DNA of 64,000 bases from an uncultured Bacilli bacterium (GTDB lineage Bacteria; Bacillota_I; Bacilli_A; RF39; UBA660), in contig CALVJQ010000006.1 of assembly GCA_944332265.1 (NCBI GenBank), positions 1,021 to 65,020 of the forward strand. Direction: 5' to 3'. This document shows, piece after piece, positions 1 through 9,733 of this stretch; within the stretch, counting starts at the first letter, position 1, and the number at the start of each line of letters is the position of its first letter. The translations under genes and the position numbers were made by a program. The notes beneath the pieces are model-generated. The model saw nothing but the letters and a program-made list of their open reading frames with translations, ran no database searches and was not told the origin of the DNA.

Positions 1-420
1 GGTAAATATGACCTTTTTTAATTCTATATTATAGAAATTACTTTCTTGGCAATTACTATCAATAATTGTTAATTCTTTTATTTTAGAGTCGATTATATTT
101 AGATATTTACATAAGCATTTGTTAATATTTACTTTAGTTAAATGTAAATTTAACATGTTAGTACCTAATAATTTACAATTTTGGAATTTAAGATTACGAA
201 AATTGCATTCAATAAATTGGGTATTTGATAAATCACAATTTATAAAAGTTATATCTTCTAAAAAAACATTTTTGAATATTGTTTCATTTAGGTTAATTTT
301 AGTAAATTGACAATTAGTTATTGATTTATCAGTTATTTCTTTCTCTATTAGAGAAAGATTTGAATATTTTTCATTATAAATATCTTCTTCTTTAGCTAGG
401 AGAAGATTTATGTTATTCAT
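1..420 (-). CDS. pentapeptide-repeat protein (N-terminal part only; gene runs off the window start)
   Basis: Absent from the ORF track because no stop lies in the window. Manual minus-strand translation from ATG 420..418 gives MNNINLLLAKEEDIYNEKYSNLSLIEKEITDKSITNCQFTKINLNETIFKNVFLEDITFINCDLSNTQFIECNFRNLKFQNCKLLGTNMLNLHLTKVNIN..., open to position 1, with 5-residue periodicity (xCxFx, xNLxx). The ATG overlaps the scpB stop by 8 nt (ATGAATAA). Confidence 0.6.
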   Translation of the reverse strand, partial: MNNINLLLAKEEDIYNEKYSNLSLIEKEITDKSITNCQFTKINLNETIFKNVFLEDITFINCDLSNTQFIECNFRNLKFQNCKLLGTNMLNLHLTKVNINKCLCKYLNIIDSKIKELTIIDSNCQESNFYNIELKKVIFT

Positions 421-997
421 TATTATCATTCTCCTTGTAAATCGATGTAAATAAGTCTTTTTCCTCGTTATTATCTTCTTCTGGGCTTTTTATTATTGTT
501 GGCAAATCACTTAAAGATGATAAACCAAAGTAATCTAGAAATTCGCTTGTTGTAACGTATAGATTGGGACGTCCTGGCATTGTACTTTTGCCTGATTCTT
601 TAATTAAACCTTTAGCAACTAATTTACGAATCATCTGAGTATTACTTACACCACGCATTTGATCTACTTCTACTCTAGTAATTGGTTGATTATAAGCGAT
701 AATAGCTAATGTTTCCAAAGCCGCTTGCGATAAAGTATTACTTTCGGGATTTTCAACTAGTTTGCGATAGTATTCTTTATGTTCTTTTTTGGTTGTTAAT
801 TTAAAAGCATCTCCTAGGTAGCTTATACGAACGCCACGATTGTCTTCATCATAACTTTTTTTTAATTCAACTAGAAGATTTTTAGCTTCTTCTATATTAA
901 CGTTTAATATCTCACATATTTGGTTTAGAGTAATTCCTTCATCCCCAACCACAAATAATATTCCTTCCAAAACTCCGACTAAATTCATTTTACTCAC
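413..997 (-). CDS. scpB: segregation and condensation protein B
   Basis: Typical ScpB N-terminus (LEGILFVVGDEGITL) and winged-helix repeat (LSQAALETLAIIAYNQPITRVEVDQMRGV). It overlaps the scpA stop. Confidence 0.9.
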   Translation of the reverse strand: MSKMNLVGVLEGILFVVGDEGITLNQICEILNVNIEEAKNLLVELKKSYDEDNRGVRISYLGDAFKLTTKKEHKEYYRKLVENPESNTLSQAALETLAIIAYNQPITRVEVDQMRGVSNTQMIRKLVAKGLIKESGKSTMPGRPNLYVTTSEFLDYFGLSSLSDLPTIIKSPEEDNNEEKDLFTSIYKENDNNE

Positions 998-1715
998 ATC
1001 TCTCTATCATAATTGGGCTAAAATTATCTTCTTGAGATAGTAAGATTTCATTATTCTTACACATTTCTAAGATAGATAAGAAAGTTACAACGACATTTTC
1101 TTTTGTTATCTCTGTAAATAATTCAATAAAATTTATTTTCTGACGTTTTTTTAGTATTTGACGTATATCTTTTATTTTATCATCAACACTAATTTCTTTT
1201 TTAGTAATTTTAGTATTTAAAGGTTTAGATAAGTTTTCTCTTTCAATGAATAATTTATAAGCATTTAGTAAATCTTCGATGTTGTATTCCCCTTTTTGAA
1301 TACCAGAATCTTCTATATATTCTTTTAATGATTCTGGTAATTTGGTATATACTTCCCCTCTTTTTTGCTCTAATTCATGGAAATTTTCAGTTAACTTTTT
1401 ATATTTTTCATACTCTAGAAGTTTATTACGCAAATCTTCTTCAGAGTTTATATTAAATTCATCTTCTTCATTTAATTCTTCATCTTGACGATTAATTAAT
1501 AATTTACTTTTTAAATGAATTAATTCTGAGGCCATAACTAAATATTCACTTGCAATATCAATATTTTTTTCTTCTAAACTATGAATAAATTCTAAGTATT
1601 GATCAATTATATCGTGGATATTTATTTCATAAATATCCATCTTAGATTCTTTTACTAGATGAAGAAGAAGATCTAAAGGACCTTCAAAATCAGAGACACA
1701 AAAATTATAAGTCAT
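990..1715 (-). CDS. scpA: segregation and condensation protein A
   Basis: FEGPLDLLLHLVKESKMDIYEINIHDIIDQYLEFI is the canonical ScpA N-terminal motif. Synteny with scpB supports the call. Confidence 0.9.
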   Translation of the reverse strand: MTYNFCVSDFEGPLDLLLHLVKESKMDIYEINIHDIIDQYLEFIHSLEEKNIDIASEYLVMASELIHLKSKLLINRQDEELNEEDEFNINSEEDLRNKLLEYEKYKKLTENFHELEQKRGEVYTKLPESLKEYIEDSGIQKGEYNIEDLLNAYKLFIERENLSKPLNTKITKKEISVDDKIKDIRQILKKRQKINFIELFTEITKENVVVTFLSILEMCKNNEILLSQEDNFSPIMIERCE

Positions 1716-1724
1716 ATTATCACC

Positions 1725-2918
1725 CTAACTACATGTATAGCCTTGTGCTTCTAGTTCGAATGATACAACTTCTTTACTTTCGTTGTATTTAAAGAATTTA
1801 TATGTTTTTAAATTATATAAGGTTGCATCTGGTATATCTTTATGATTAATAGTATTTATCATGGTAAATGAGGTACTATCTTCTATAAATGTTGATTGGA
1901 AATTTTCAATCTTTTTATAATCTAGAGAAAGATTACGATAATTAATTAAGTCAGCATTATAACTTGTTGTATTATCTCTTTCTTCAGTAAAAGTTTCTTT
2001 TAAACTAGCTAGTTTACCATCTAGGAAGTAATATTTTATTTCATCATTATTATAATGACAAGTAAGTACCTGATAGTCACCATCTTCTTCAGTCAATTTA
2101 ACTGTTGGATATTGTGATTCGTTTATTTCTTCTATTTTAAAACAATCAGCATCATTATATCCTTTTTCTGAGATAGTTGCTTTTACTTCTGATACTCCTA
2201 GGGAACCAATAGCATCGTATGAATGAATTAAGGCACGATAAACCATTGTTTCATCTTCATAAAGAACGATATAATACTTTTTATCAAATTGATATGGTTT
2301 TTCATCAGTATTAGTAACATTAAAACGAATAAAATATTCATCTTTTTCTTTATATTTAACGAAATTAGTAAACTCTAGTTGACCTAATGATGCTCGTACT
2401 GAAGATTTATTGAAATAATAATATTCGTCTTCTTTTTCTTCAGTAGTTTGAGTTGGTGATGATGATCTGAAAATTGATAAATCTAGCTTTTTGCTAATAA
2501 AAGGAAGTATAACAATAGTTATAAAAAGAAAGAGGAAAAAGAAGACAACAACTATTGGATTTCCTTCTTTTTCTGGTTTAATTTCATATAAAAGACGTTC
2601 TTGACCATTGAAACTATTAGGATTTGGTGTTTTTTTCGGTGTTGATGGTTCTTTAGGTAAAGATGCTATCTCTTTATTTTCTTCCTTTGCTTGAGCATTT
2701 TCTACTTTTGGCATATCGTTAGTTGGCGAAGGAGCTTTTTCTTTATTTTCTTCAGATTCAACACTAAAAATAGAACTAAAATCAACATTATTATCTAAAG
2801 TTGATTTGCTTTTCTCTTCTTTTTTTATTGGTAAAGAAGTTTCTTTGTTTTCTTCTTGTTTTACTTTTGGAAGAGATGACTTTACATCAGATTCAATTTT
2901 TGATTCCTTATTTTCCAT
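1725..2918 (-). CDS. single-pass membrane protein: low-complexity E/K/S-rich N-terminus, extracellular beta-rich domain
   Basis: TM segment IVVVFFFLFLFITIVILPFI. Start moved to ATG 2918 (MENKESK), which has a GAAGGGA RBS. The ORF-track extension to 2984 runs through the spoVAE terminator hairpin. Confidence 0.6.
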   Translation of the reverse strand: MENKESKIESDVKSSLPKVKQEENKETSLPIKKEEKSKSTLDNNVDFSSIFSVESEENKEKAPSPTNDMPKVENAQAKEENKEIASLPKEPSTPKKTPNPNSFNGQERLLYEIKPEKEGNPIVVVFFFLFLFITIVILPFISKKLDLSIFRSSSPTQTTEEKEDEYYYFNKSSVRASLGQLEFTNFVKYKEKDEYFIRFNVTNTDEKPYQFDKKYYIVLYEDETMVYRALIHSYDAIGSLGVSEVKATISEKGYNDADCFKIEEINESQYPTVKLTEEDGDYQVLTCHYNNDEIKYYFLDGKLASLKETFTEERDNTTSYNADLINYRNLSLDYKKIENFQSTFIEDSTSFTMINTINHKDIPDATLYNLKTYKFFKYNESKEVVSFELEAQGYTCS

Positions 2919-2969
2919 ATAAATCCCTTCATTCTTCTTTTTTATTATATCAAAAAATAGTTGAATAAA

Positions 2970-2999
2970 AAAGAAAAAAAACATATGTAAACATATGTT
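2970..2999 (-). terminator. rho-independent terminator after spoVAE
   Basis: Perfect 9-bp inverted repeat AACATATGT/ACATATGTT (2980-2999). On the minus strand it is followed by a T-run (plus-strand A-run 2971-2980). Confidence 0.6.
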
Positions 3000-3004
3000 A
3001 AGTA

Positions 3005-3355
3005 TTAATCTTTAATCTTAAAGATAAGAGAAAAAAGGAAACCGAAGAAAATGGCACTACTTATACCACTACTAGTTGTCGTTAAAAGATTATCAAACAT
3101 CCCAATAAAACCATTGTTATTAAATCCTGTTAAAGCGGCTTGATATAAAGCATTACCAAAGGAAATAATAGGGATCTTACTACCAACAAAAGAAAAGTCA
3201 CTAATTAGATTATATATACCTAAAAATGAGAGAATAGCTCCTGTTACAACAAAAATACTAGTGATATGACCTGGTGTAAGTTTTGTATTATCTAAAATAA
3301 TTTGACCAATCATTGAAATAAATCCGACAAGGATAAAGGCTTTTAAATAAATCAT
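3005..3355 (-). CDS. spoVAE: stage V sporulation protein AE
   Basis: 116-aa polytopic membrane protein. The motif TPGHITSIFVVTGAILSFLGIY and the position after spoVAD fit SpoVAE. Confidence 0.85.
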   Translation of the reverse strand: MIYLKAFILVGFISMIGQIILDNTKLTPGHITSIFVVTGAILSFLGIYNLISDFSFVGSKIPIISFGNALYQAALTGFNNNGFIGMFDNLLTTTSSGISSAIFFGFLFSLIFKIKD

Positions 3356-4323
3356 TTTATCACCTCGATACTTATAGCATGAGTAATAGATGGGATACTC
3401 TTTTTTAGATTAACCATTAATGGACTATGAAGAGATCCTGTTGCTAGCAAAAGAATTCTTTTATTTTTTTTATCTTTTAATATTTTATTAAAGAGGACAA
3501 GAGGAATAACAACTGGTCCACTACCTCCTTGATAAGTATTTTGTTCTTCATTATATATAATACTAGCTGCATCTATGTAATACTTAGGATTATAATTATA
3601 TTCTTCTTTTATTAAGTCTAAAAATATTTTACTGCCTAGTTTGCCTAAATCACCAGTAACAATAAGATCATAATAATCAAGAGGACGATGTAAATCAGTT
3701 AAATGTTTATGTAAGGTATTAGCAGCACTAGGAGCCATGATTGCTCCCATGTTAGTAGCATCTTTAATTCCAAAATCTATAACTTCACCTATTGTAGAAG
3801 ATTCAATCTTAATATTAGTTGGCTCTCTTGTTAATAAGGTACATGCTGCCCCAGTGGTTGTAAATGTCGTATATTGTTTTTTTGGTGAACCATATTCAAT
3901 TGGAAAACGATATTGTCTTTCAGCATTTAGATTATGACTGGATGTAATAGCAAGACCGCTATTTATACTACCTTGATTTATCATTGTTGATAAAATTATT
4001 AAGGATTCATTAAATGTTGCACAAGCATTGTAAACGCCCAAAAAAGGAAGATGGCGATTAGCTAAATTATATGATGTAATAGTTATTTGGTTTAGGAGAT
4101 CTCCCCCAACTATTAGTTCTATATTATTATTTAATTTATTCCTTTTAATTATTTTAGTTAAACAAAAGTTTTGCATTTTTATTTCAGCATCTTCTATTTT
4201 TTCTTCATTATAGTAATAATTATCTATTGTATTTTGATAGACTAAATTTCCTTCTTTTTCTTTAGGACCAGCTATGGTTTCATAGTCTTTTATATAAACA
4301 TTATTATATTTGAAACTAGACAT
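3352..4323 (-). CDS. spoVAD: stage V sporulation protein AD (thiolase-like fold)
   Basis: SpoVAD signature blocks are present: GGDLLNQ, GVYNACATF, RFPIEYGSPKK, TTTGAACTLL, DATNMGAIMAPSAANT. Confidence 0.9.
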   Translation of the reverse strand: MSSFKYNNVYIKDYETIAGPKEKEGNLVYQNTIDNYYYNEEKIEDAEIKMQNFCLTKIIKRNKLNNNIELIVGGDLLNQITITSYNLANRHLPFLGVYNACATFNESLIILSTMINQGSINSGLAITSSHNLNAERQYRFPIEYGSPKKQYTTFTTTGAACTLLTREPTNIKIESSTIGEVIDFGIKDATNMGAIMAPSAANTLHKHLTDLHRPLDYYDLIVTGDLGKLGSKIFLDLIKEEYNYNPKYYIDAASIIYNEEQNTYQGGSGPVVIPLVLFNKILKDKKNKRILLLATGSLHSPLMVNLKKSIPSITHAISIEVIK

Positions 4324-4744
4324 TTAATATCACCTTTATTATTGTTAAGATAACAGCACTAACGATACCATAAAGAATTACAGAACCAGCTAATTTAAAA
4401 GCATTAGAACCCATGTTAAGTAATCCTTCTTTTTTATAGTCTAAAATAGAAGCACTAACAGAATGAGCAAAACCGGTAATTGGAATAATTAAACCACATT
4501 TAAATTTTTGAAATAAAGTATCTGATATGCCAAGACAGGTTAAAAAAGCAGTAGTTCCTATTATAATTAATAACATAAAGGATATTGCTAATTCTGGTTC
4601 ATATATCTTATCTAGATTTACGTATATAATTGTTCCTATTAAACCGATTATTCCTCCAGTTATAAAAGATATTAACATATTAGATAAACGATTTTCTTTA
4701 GGGGTTAGTTCATTAACCATTTTTTGATATTTTCTATTATTCAT
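4316..4744 (-). CDS. spoVAC: stage V sporulation protein AC
   Basis: 142-aa four-TM protein with PITGFAHSV and GSVILYG blocks. It is the first gene of a spoVAC-AD-AE arrangement. Confidence 0.85.
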   Translation of the reverse strand: MNNRKYQKMVNELTPKENRLSNMLISFITGGIIGLIGTIIYVNLDKIYEPELAISFMLLIIIGTTAFLTCLGISDTLFQKFKCGLIIPITGFAHSVSASILDYKKEGLLNMGSNAFKLAGSVILYGIVSAVILTIIKVILNV

Positions 4745-4768
4745 TGTTTACCTCCATTATTATTTTGG

Positions 4769-5419
4769 TTAAGCACTTAGATAATTATACATTTTACTTA
4801 AACTTTTCTTTTCAAAACGAGATACTTTTACTTGAGATATACCTAATATTTTAGCTGTTTCACTTTGAGTGTAATCTTTAAAATAGCGATAGTTAATAAT
4901 ATCTTTTTCTTCTTGACTAAGAGTATTTAGAGAATCTTTTAAATCGATATGATCAGTATTTATGTTATCTTGAGGATTTGATATTGTTTCATATATTGGT
5001 CTTTTTTCTTCTTCATTACTATCTATAGACATAATATTATTTGTGCAAGTATATACTTCTGATATTAGGTTTTCATCTATTTCAAGAAATGAAGCTATTT
5101 CTTTAGTTGAAGGAATGTAATTTAGCTTTTGAGCTAAAAGGTATTTAGTTTGTTCTATTTGTTTATATAGTTTTAAAATTTTTTTATTTAATTTAATAGA
5201 ACGAAGATTATTACTAAGATCATACATTTCACCAAATATATAGTTATATGCGTATGAAGTAAACTTAGTAGTTCCATTATCTACATAATTGTTATAAGCT
5301 TTTATTAAACCTATTACTCCTGCTTGAAATAGATCTTCAACTGGATTAGGATAAAACTTTGTAGCTATTTTATATATTAATTTTTCATGAAGTTTAATAA
5401 TTGTTTCTAATTCTGTCAT
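4769..5419 (-). CDS. sigF: sigma-70 family group 3 sigma factor, SigF-like by sequence and synteny
   Basis: Region 2 (DLFQAGVIGLIKAYNNY, KFTSYAYNYIFGEM) and region 4 HTH (YTQSETAKILGISQVKVSRFEKKSL). It lies immediately upstream of spoVAC-AD-AE, as sigF does in clostridia. Start set to ATG 5419, 5 nt after AGGTGA; the ORF-track GTG 5428 lies inside that RBS. Confidence 0.65.
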   Translation of the reverse strand: MTELETIIKLHEKLIYKIATKFYPNPVEDLFQAGVIGLIKAYNNYVDNGTTKFTSYAYNYIFGEMYDLSNNLRSIKLNKKILKLYKQIEQTKYLLAQKLNYIPSTKEIASFLEIDENLISEVYTCTNNIMSIDSNEEEKRPIYETISNPQDNINTDHIDLKDSLNTLSQEEKDIINYRYFKDYTQSETAKILGISQVKVSRFEKKSLSKMYNYLSA

Positions 5420-5504
5420 ATTTATCACCTGTTAAATAGAATATAGTGGCTTTTTATATCTTTTTAAACAGGTTCGACTAAATTAGAAAAAAAATATTAG
5501 AATA

Positions 5505-5531
5505 AATTAAAAAAACACTGTAAAAGTGTTT
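5505..5531 (-). terminator. rho-independent terminator
   Basis: On the minus strand, AAACACT-loop-AGTGTTT is followed by a T-run. The hairpin starts at the stop codon of the 457-aa gene. Confidence 0.6.
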
Positions 5532-6904
5532 TATTCTATGTCAATAGTATATGGATTATTAATTGTTCCTTCTCCACTAACAGTTAACTCAGAGTTTAAA
5601 TTAATTACTGGTCTAACTCCATATTGGGTTGTCGTTGGTGTAATAACTAAAGCACCACTATTATTAACAGCAAATACTGAAGCTTTATAATTATAATATT
5701 CAGCTGGAGTTAGGGTTATAAAGTTTTCACCATTAGCTAAATAGTAACTAGTATTATTGGTATTATATAAGCCACCTGCTATATTTACTTCATCGGCAGT
5801 TAATAAACCTACTTTTTGATTATATGTTCCTCCATAATCAGCACTTCTTTTTTCGCAAGTTATAGATGGTTCTTTATTAGTAACTAAACGATTATATGCA
5901 TTATAGTAAGTATGGAAATTATCAATTGAATAACTTGCATCATTACAAAAATTAAATGGAGCAACATATTTATCTAAGTTATTATTGGTTATATTAGTTG
6001 TATACCAATTAAGAAGATAATTGTTAATATCATTATTTATTTCCACATTGTTATATATATATTTTAGACCGGTGTAGTCTGGAGCATTAGTTTTTGTACT
6101 AAAAGCTTGGTAGCCAGCAGATTTATCAAGAATTAATTTAATCGTTTTATCACTGTTAATATTAACAATACGCCAAGTTAGATTAGCAAAATTAACATAA
6201 TTATTAGTTATAGCTCCACGATAGTAGTAAGTATCACCTATTTTATAAAGTCCTTCTTCAGTAGTAGATATTGTATTATATGTAGGTGTTTTGGTTTCAT
6301 CATTTTTTTTAGCAATTAGGATTTCACTAAAAGATGATTTAATAGATGATTCGGTATCAATAAATTCAAATTTTGCTTTTAATATTTCTTCAGGATTAAT
6401 ATTAGGTGCTTTTTTCTCATCAAACCATATTCTTATATTAGTACGAACAGTTTCATTAGGTTCAACTTTTACTAAGCCTATTAATTTACTTTCTTTTACA
6501 TTCTTTTCAGTTGTTTTAGTAGTTGCTAAATTTTCATAAGCTGTTGTTTCTTGAGAAATATTACCAGCAGCAGTAATGGTTAAACCTTTTAGAGGAACAG
6601 TAGTATCTTCTAAAATATTTAAACGTACTTGTAGTTCTTTGGTTGTCTCGCAGACATTGGTTATTGTTAAAGTATAAGGACTTGTTTCAATTCCTTCTTC
6701 ATTTATTATAGAATCTATATTTTTCATTTCAATTATTCCACTATTAGAAAAATAAACTTTAAAACAATTTAATGTTGTAGATGTTTTTTCACTATTATTG
6801 TGAGTAGCAAGCCATAAGCCATATCCTGTTCCTACAGAAGCAACAAATAAAAACATAAGTCCTATTATAGTTAAAGTAAATATATATTTTTTTTGCATTT
6901 TCAT
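5531..6904 (-). CDS. membrane-anchored or secreted protein with C-terminal WRI(V/L)...GVRPVINL-type domain (DUF6273-like)
   Basis: N-terminal TM/signal segment YIFTLTIIGLMFLFVASVG. C-terminal motifs WRIVNINSDKTIKLIL, GLLTADEV and YGVRPVINL resemble a common Firmicutes surface-protein domain. The family name is from memory. Confidence 0.5.
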   Translation of the reverse strand: MKMQKKYIFTLTIIGLMFLFVASVGTGYGLWLATHNNSEKTSTTLNCFKVYFSNSGIIEMKNIDSIINEEGIETSPYTLTITNVCETTKELQVRLNILEDTTVPLKGLTITAAGNISQETTAYENLATTKTTEKNVKESKLIGLVKVEPNETVRTNIRIWFDEKKAPNINPEEILKAKFEFIDTESSIKSSFSEILIAKKNDETKTPTYNTISTTEEGLYKIGDTYYYRGAITNNYVNFANLTWRIVNINSDKTIKLILDKSAGYQAFSTKTNAPDYTGLKYIYNNVEINNDINNYLLNWYTTNITNNNLDKYVAPFNFCNDASYSIDNFHTYYNAYNRLVTNKEPSITCEKRSADYGGTYNQKVGLLTADEVNIAGGLYNTNNTSYYLANGENFITLTPAEYYNYKASVFAVNNSGALVITPTTTQYGVRPVINLNSELTVSGEGTINNPYTIDIE

Positions 6905-7004
6905 TATTCATCACCGGCTATTTTGTTATAACTATATTAAATATATAATATTTAGTAGTTATAGTCAATGTTTTGGGTAAAGAAAAAGATTATCATAGAT
7001 AATC

Positions 7005-7889
7005 TTAGTTTGATAATTGAATTTTGTCACTTATAAGTAGAGCTTCTTCTAAAGCACCATAGTCGTAGGCATCTTTTTCAAAGCCATTAAATAATGTTAT
7101 GATATAGGCTTTTTTATCAACACTTGGAGTGATAGCAATAATAAACTTGGTACCTTCTTGGTCAACTTCAAGGATATGAACATCATGTGAAGATATCGTA
7201 TTATCATAAATTCTTTCAACAGTAGCATTTTGTTTTTCATAAGATTCTTTCATTTCATTATCGTTTAAACGATAAGCTCCTATATTATATGGACCGGCTT
7301 CAAAAGTTATAATATAGCCAGTGGCCATATTCCCTAAAGTGATAGCATTATCATTTTCTTGAGTGGCATTATAACCATTGGGAATTTGTAAACTATAATT
7401 GCCGAACCTCATTGCTTGGGCTGCTGGGGTTTCAGGAACTTGGGATTCATTTTCTGAATCATTTGTTTCTCCTTGTGGTTTTTGAGTAGTACCAGCATCT
7501 GGAACATCAGATAATTCTATTTTGTTATCATCAGTTGGTTCATCTTTTTTGGAATTATTAAAAATTATACAACCAACTATAATTAAGAGTATTATAAAAG
7601 CAATTAAAGCTAGAAGATATTTTTGCTTTTTTTCAAGATGTTTTTTTTCTTCTTTTTTATTATTAGATGACTGATTAAAATAACTTTTTTCATTATTTAG
7701 ATGCTTATTAGAAGGAAAAAAAGATTTATTGTTACTTAGTGTTGGAGATTTAAATATATCATTACTAGATGTATTAAATAAATTGTAATTAGTATTAGAA
7801 GATAATTCTTGATTAACTGGTTCGCCACATAAAGGGCATTTAGTACTTCCCTCTTCCATATGAGTTCCACAATTTGAACATCTAATCAT
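7005..7889 (-). CDS. zinc-ribbon, single-TM protein with extracellular domain
   Basis: N-terminal CxxC...CxxC (CSNCGTHMEEGSTKCPLCG). TM segment LLALIAFIILLIIVGCIIF. Confidence 0.6.
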   Translation of the reverse strand: MIRCSNCGTHMEEGSTKCPLCGEPVNQELSSNTNYNLFNTSSNDIFKSPTLSNNKSFFPSNKHLNNEKSYFNQSSNNKKEEKKHLEKKQKYLLALIAFIILLIIVGCIIFNNSKKDEPTDDNKIELSDVPDAGTTQKPQGETNDSENESQVPETPAAQAMRFGNYSLQIPNGYNATQENDNAITLGNMATGYIITFEAGPYNIGAYRLNDNEMKESYEKQNATVERIYDNTISSHDVHILEVDQEGTKFIIAITPSVDKKAYIITLFNGFEKDAYDYGALEEALLISDKIQLSN

Positions 7890-7924
7890 AATAAATCACC
7901 CACTTCATTCATAATATTTAAAGA

Positions 7925-8557
7925 TTATTTTTGTGGACTAATACCTAGCATTTCTATATCTTTGATTATATATTTTACAGTATTAGTAATAAATACTTCG
8001 ATATCTTTTGTATCAAACATAAATGTTTTTTCAGTTTTACTATCTTCAATAATTAAGCCCATTTTATCTATTAGAATATTTAATTTATCTAGAGGAATTT
8101 CGGTTATATCAGATTCTGGTTGACGAAATTCTTCAAAAAATATATCTAATGGTAGTTCGTATTTATCTATTAAATCAAGATTAATATTAGTATAATCATT
8201 ATAAATAACATCTCTTATTGCCGTATATGTTATTCTTTTTTTTGTTTGATTATTAGTAAATCTTTCAATATATTGATATATATAATCACGGAACCAATAT
8301 TTATCTGTTAATAAATGAATAAAATAGCCCATATTAAAAGGATTGGTTAAAGTTTGACGATACTTAGCTAAAAAACGATCTATATTAGGAATATCGTCTT
8401 CGTTAGTATGGTCTAAGAAATGAGATATTTCTTTTGTTTCACCAATTTGTTTGGCTATATCGGGAGCTATTGCGCCGACAAGTAGATTATACGAATCCAT
8501 TTTTAAATATTTATTTACTTCTTTAGCAACACATAAATGAATAATTGCTGATGCCAT
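7925..8557 (-). CDS. hypothetical protein, possibly zinc-dependent phospholipase C-like metal hydrolase
   Basis: The N-terminal pattern MASAIIHL...GAIAPDIAK...SHF...HLLTD resembles His/Asp metal-ligand spacing of the PLC-like family. Weak call. Confidence 0.35.
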   Translation of the reverse strand: MASAIIHLCVAKEVNKYLKMDSYNLLVGAIAPDIAKQIGETKEISHFLDHTNEDDIPNIDRFLAKYRQTLTNPFNMGYFIHLLTDKYWFRDYIYQYIERFTNNQTKKRITYTAIRDVIYNDYTNINLDLIDKYELPLDIFFEEFRQPESDITEIPLDKLNILIDKMGLIIEDSKTEKTFMFDTKDIEVFITNTVKYIIKDIEMLGISPQK

Positions 8558-8590
8558 AGTATCACCTATTATTCATTATAACATAGCTTT

Positions 8591-8818
8591 TTATTCTTTA
8601 TAATTGTTTTTTAAATATTTTACTATTTCTTTTTTAGGTGGGACATTTCCTTGACTTATTAATTTATTATTTATATATAATAATGGTAAATTAGGAATAT
8701 TATATTCTTCAATTAAATTGATGGTTATTTTACCATCAATACAATTAGCTATTTCAATTACTTTTTTCTTTAATTTAAGACCATTTATGGTATTTATACC
8801 TATTATTTCAATCTTCAT
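8591..8818 (-). CDS. thioredoxin_3 (MTH895-like) family small protein lacking the CxxC site
   Basis: 75 aa. MKIEIIG...LPLLYINNKLISQGNVPPKKEIVKYL matches the small thioredoxin-fold family, but the redox cysteines are replaced (GINTINGL). Confidence 0.5.
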   Translation of the reverse strand: MKIEIIGINTINGLKLKKKVIEIANCIDGKITINLIEEYNIPNLPLLYINNKLISQGNVPPKKEIVKYLKNNYKE

Positions 8819-8894
8819 TTTTCCTCCTTAGTCGCTTATGTTATCATAGCTCCTAAATATGAAGATATTATGAAAAGATAATGAAAAAAGCATG

Positions 8895-9713
8895 CTAAGC
8901 ACGCTTTTTAGGAATAAAGTTAGATAGAAAATGATATTTATCACGATTTAAGATAAATAAATAGCCAAATGTACTAAAGCAAATTGCACCAATAAAGTTA
9001 ACGAATAAGTCTTTCATTGTGTCAATAAGACCAATATCTAAGTAGCCATTAGGAATTTTAGTTTCTATTAAATTACCATTTTCATCTTCAGAATAAACAA
9101 TTGTATATTTTATTCCATCTATTACTACAGGAATATTTTTTCCTTCTTCATTAAGTTTAACTGATATTATTTCATTTACGATACGATCTTTTTGCATATC
9201 GGTATTTAGTAAATACATGTCTGATGCATACTCATAGAATTCCCATAAGACACCTATTGTCATCGAAAAACAGAAAGAAACAATGGCTAAAAAAATGGGA
9301 GATAAATTAATTGATGATAGATTTTTATTTAGTAAATCAAATAAAGCAAAGCCGACACCGGCAGCAAGAAAGCCATTTAGGGTATGAAGCATAGTATCCC
9401 AATATGGAATAGAGCCATAAAAGTTATTAATTTCTCCTAATATTTCAGCAGAGAAGATAAAAAGCATAATGATAATTTCTAAAGTATTAGGTAATTCTAT
9501 TTTTAGCTTTTTTTCAATAAAGAATGGAATTAAGAAGAGAACAAGTGATAAAAGACATAAAAAAGCATTATTTAAATCACCACGAAGAAATTCAAGAATC
9601 ATACATGTTATAACAAGTGCACGTAAAACGAAGTAGACAATAACAGAACTTTTACCTTTTTCCTTACCTGCTTTTTTTAGTTCTTCATGAAACCTTTTAA
9701 TTTTTTTGTTCAT
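8895..9713 (-). CDS. polytopic integral membrane protein (possibly DUF2238/YjdF-like)
   Basis: Multiple TM helices. Motifs WDTMLHTLNGFLAAGVGFALF and GVLWEFYEYASD. The family assignment is tentative. Confidence 0.45.
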   Translation of the reverse strand: MNKKIKRFHEELKKAGKEKGKSSVIVYFVLRALVITCMILEFLRGDLNNAFLCLLSLVLFLIPFFIEKKLKIELPNTLEIIIMLFIFSAEILGEINNFYGSIPYWDTMLHTLNGFLAAGVGFALFDLLNKNLSSINLSPIFLAIVSFCFSMTIGVLWEFYEYASDMYLLNTDMQKDRIVNEIISVKLNEEGKNIPVVIDGIKYTIVYSEDENGNLIETKIPNGYLDIGLIDTMKDLFVNFIGAICFSTFGYLFILNRDKYHFLSNFIPKKRA

Positions 9714-9733
9714 AAAATCACTCCTTTAGAAGA

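Noticed and set aside
119-310. 63-aa plus-strand ORF at the window start.
   Set aside because: It is antisense to an open minus-strand frame that encodes a convincing pentapeptide-repeat protein coupled to scpB.
2919-2984. ORF-track N-terminal extension (MFFFFFIQLFFDIIKKKNEGIY) of the 419-aa ORF.
   Set aside because: The extension is translated from the spoVAE terminator T-run and hairpin. A good RBS precedes the internal ATG at 2918.
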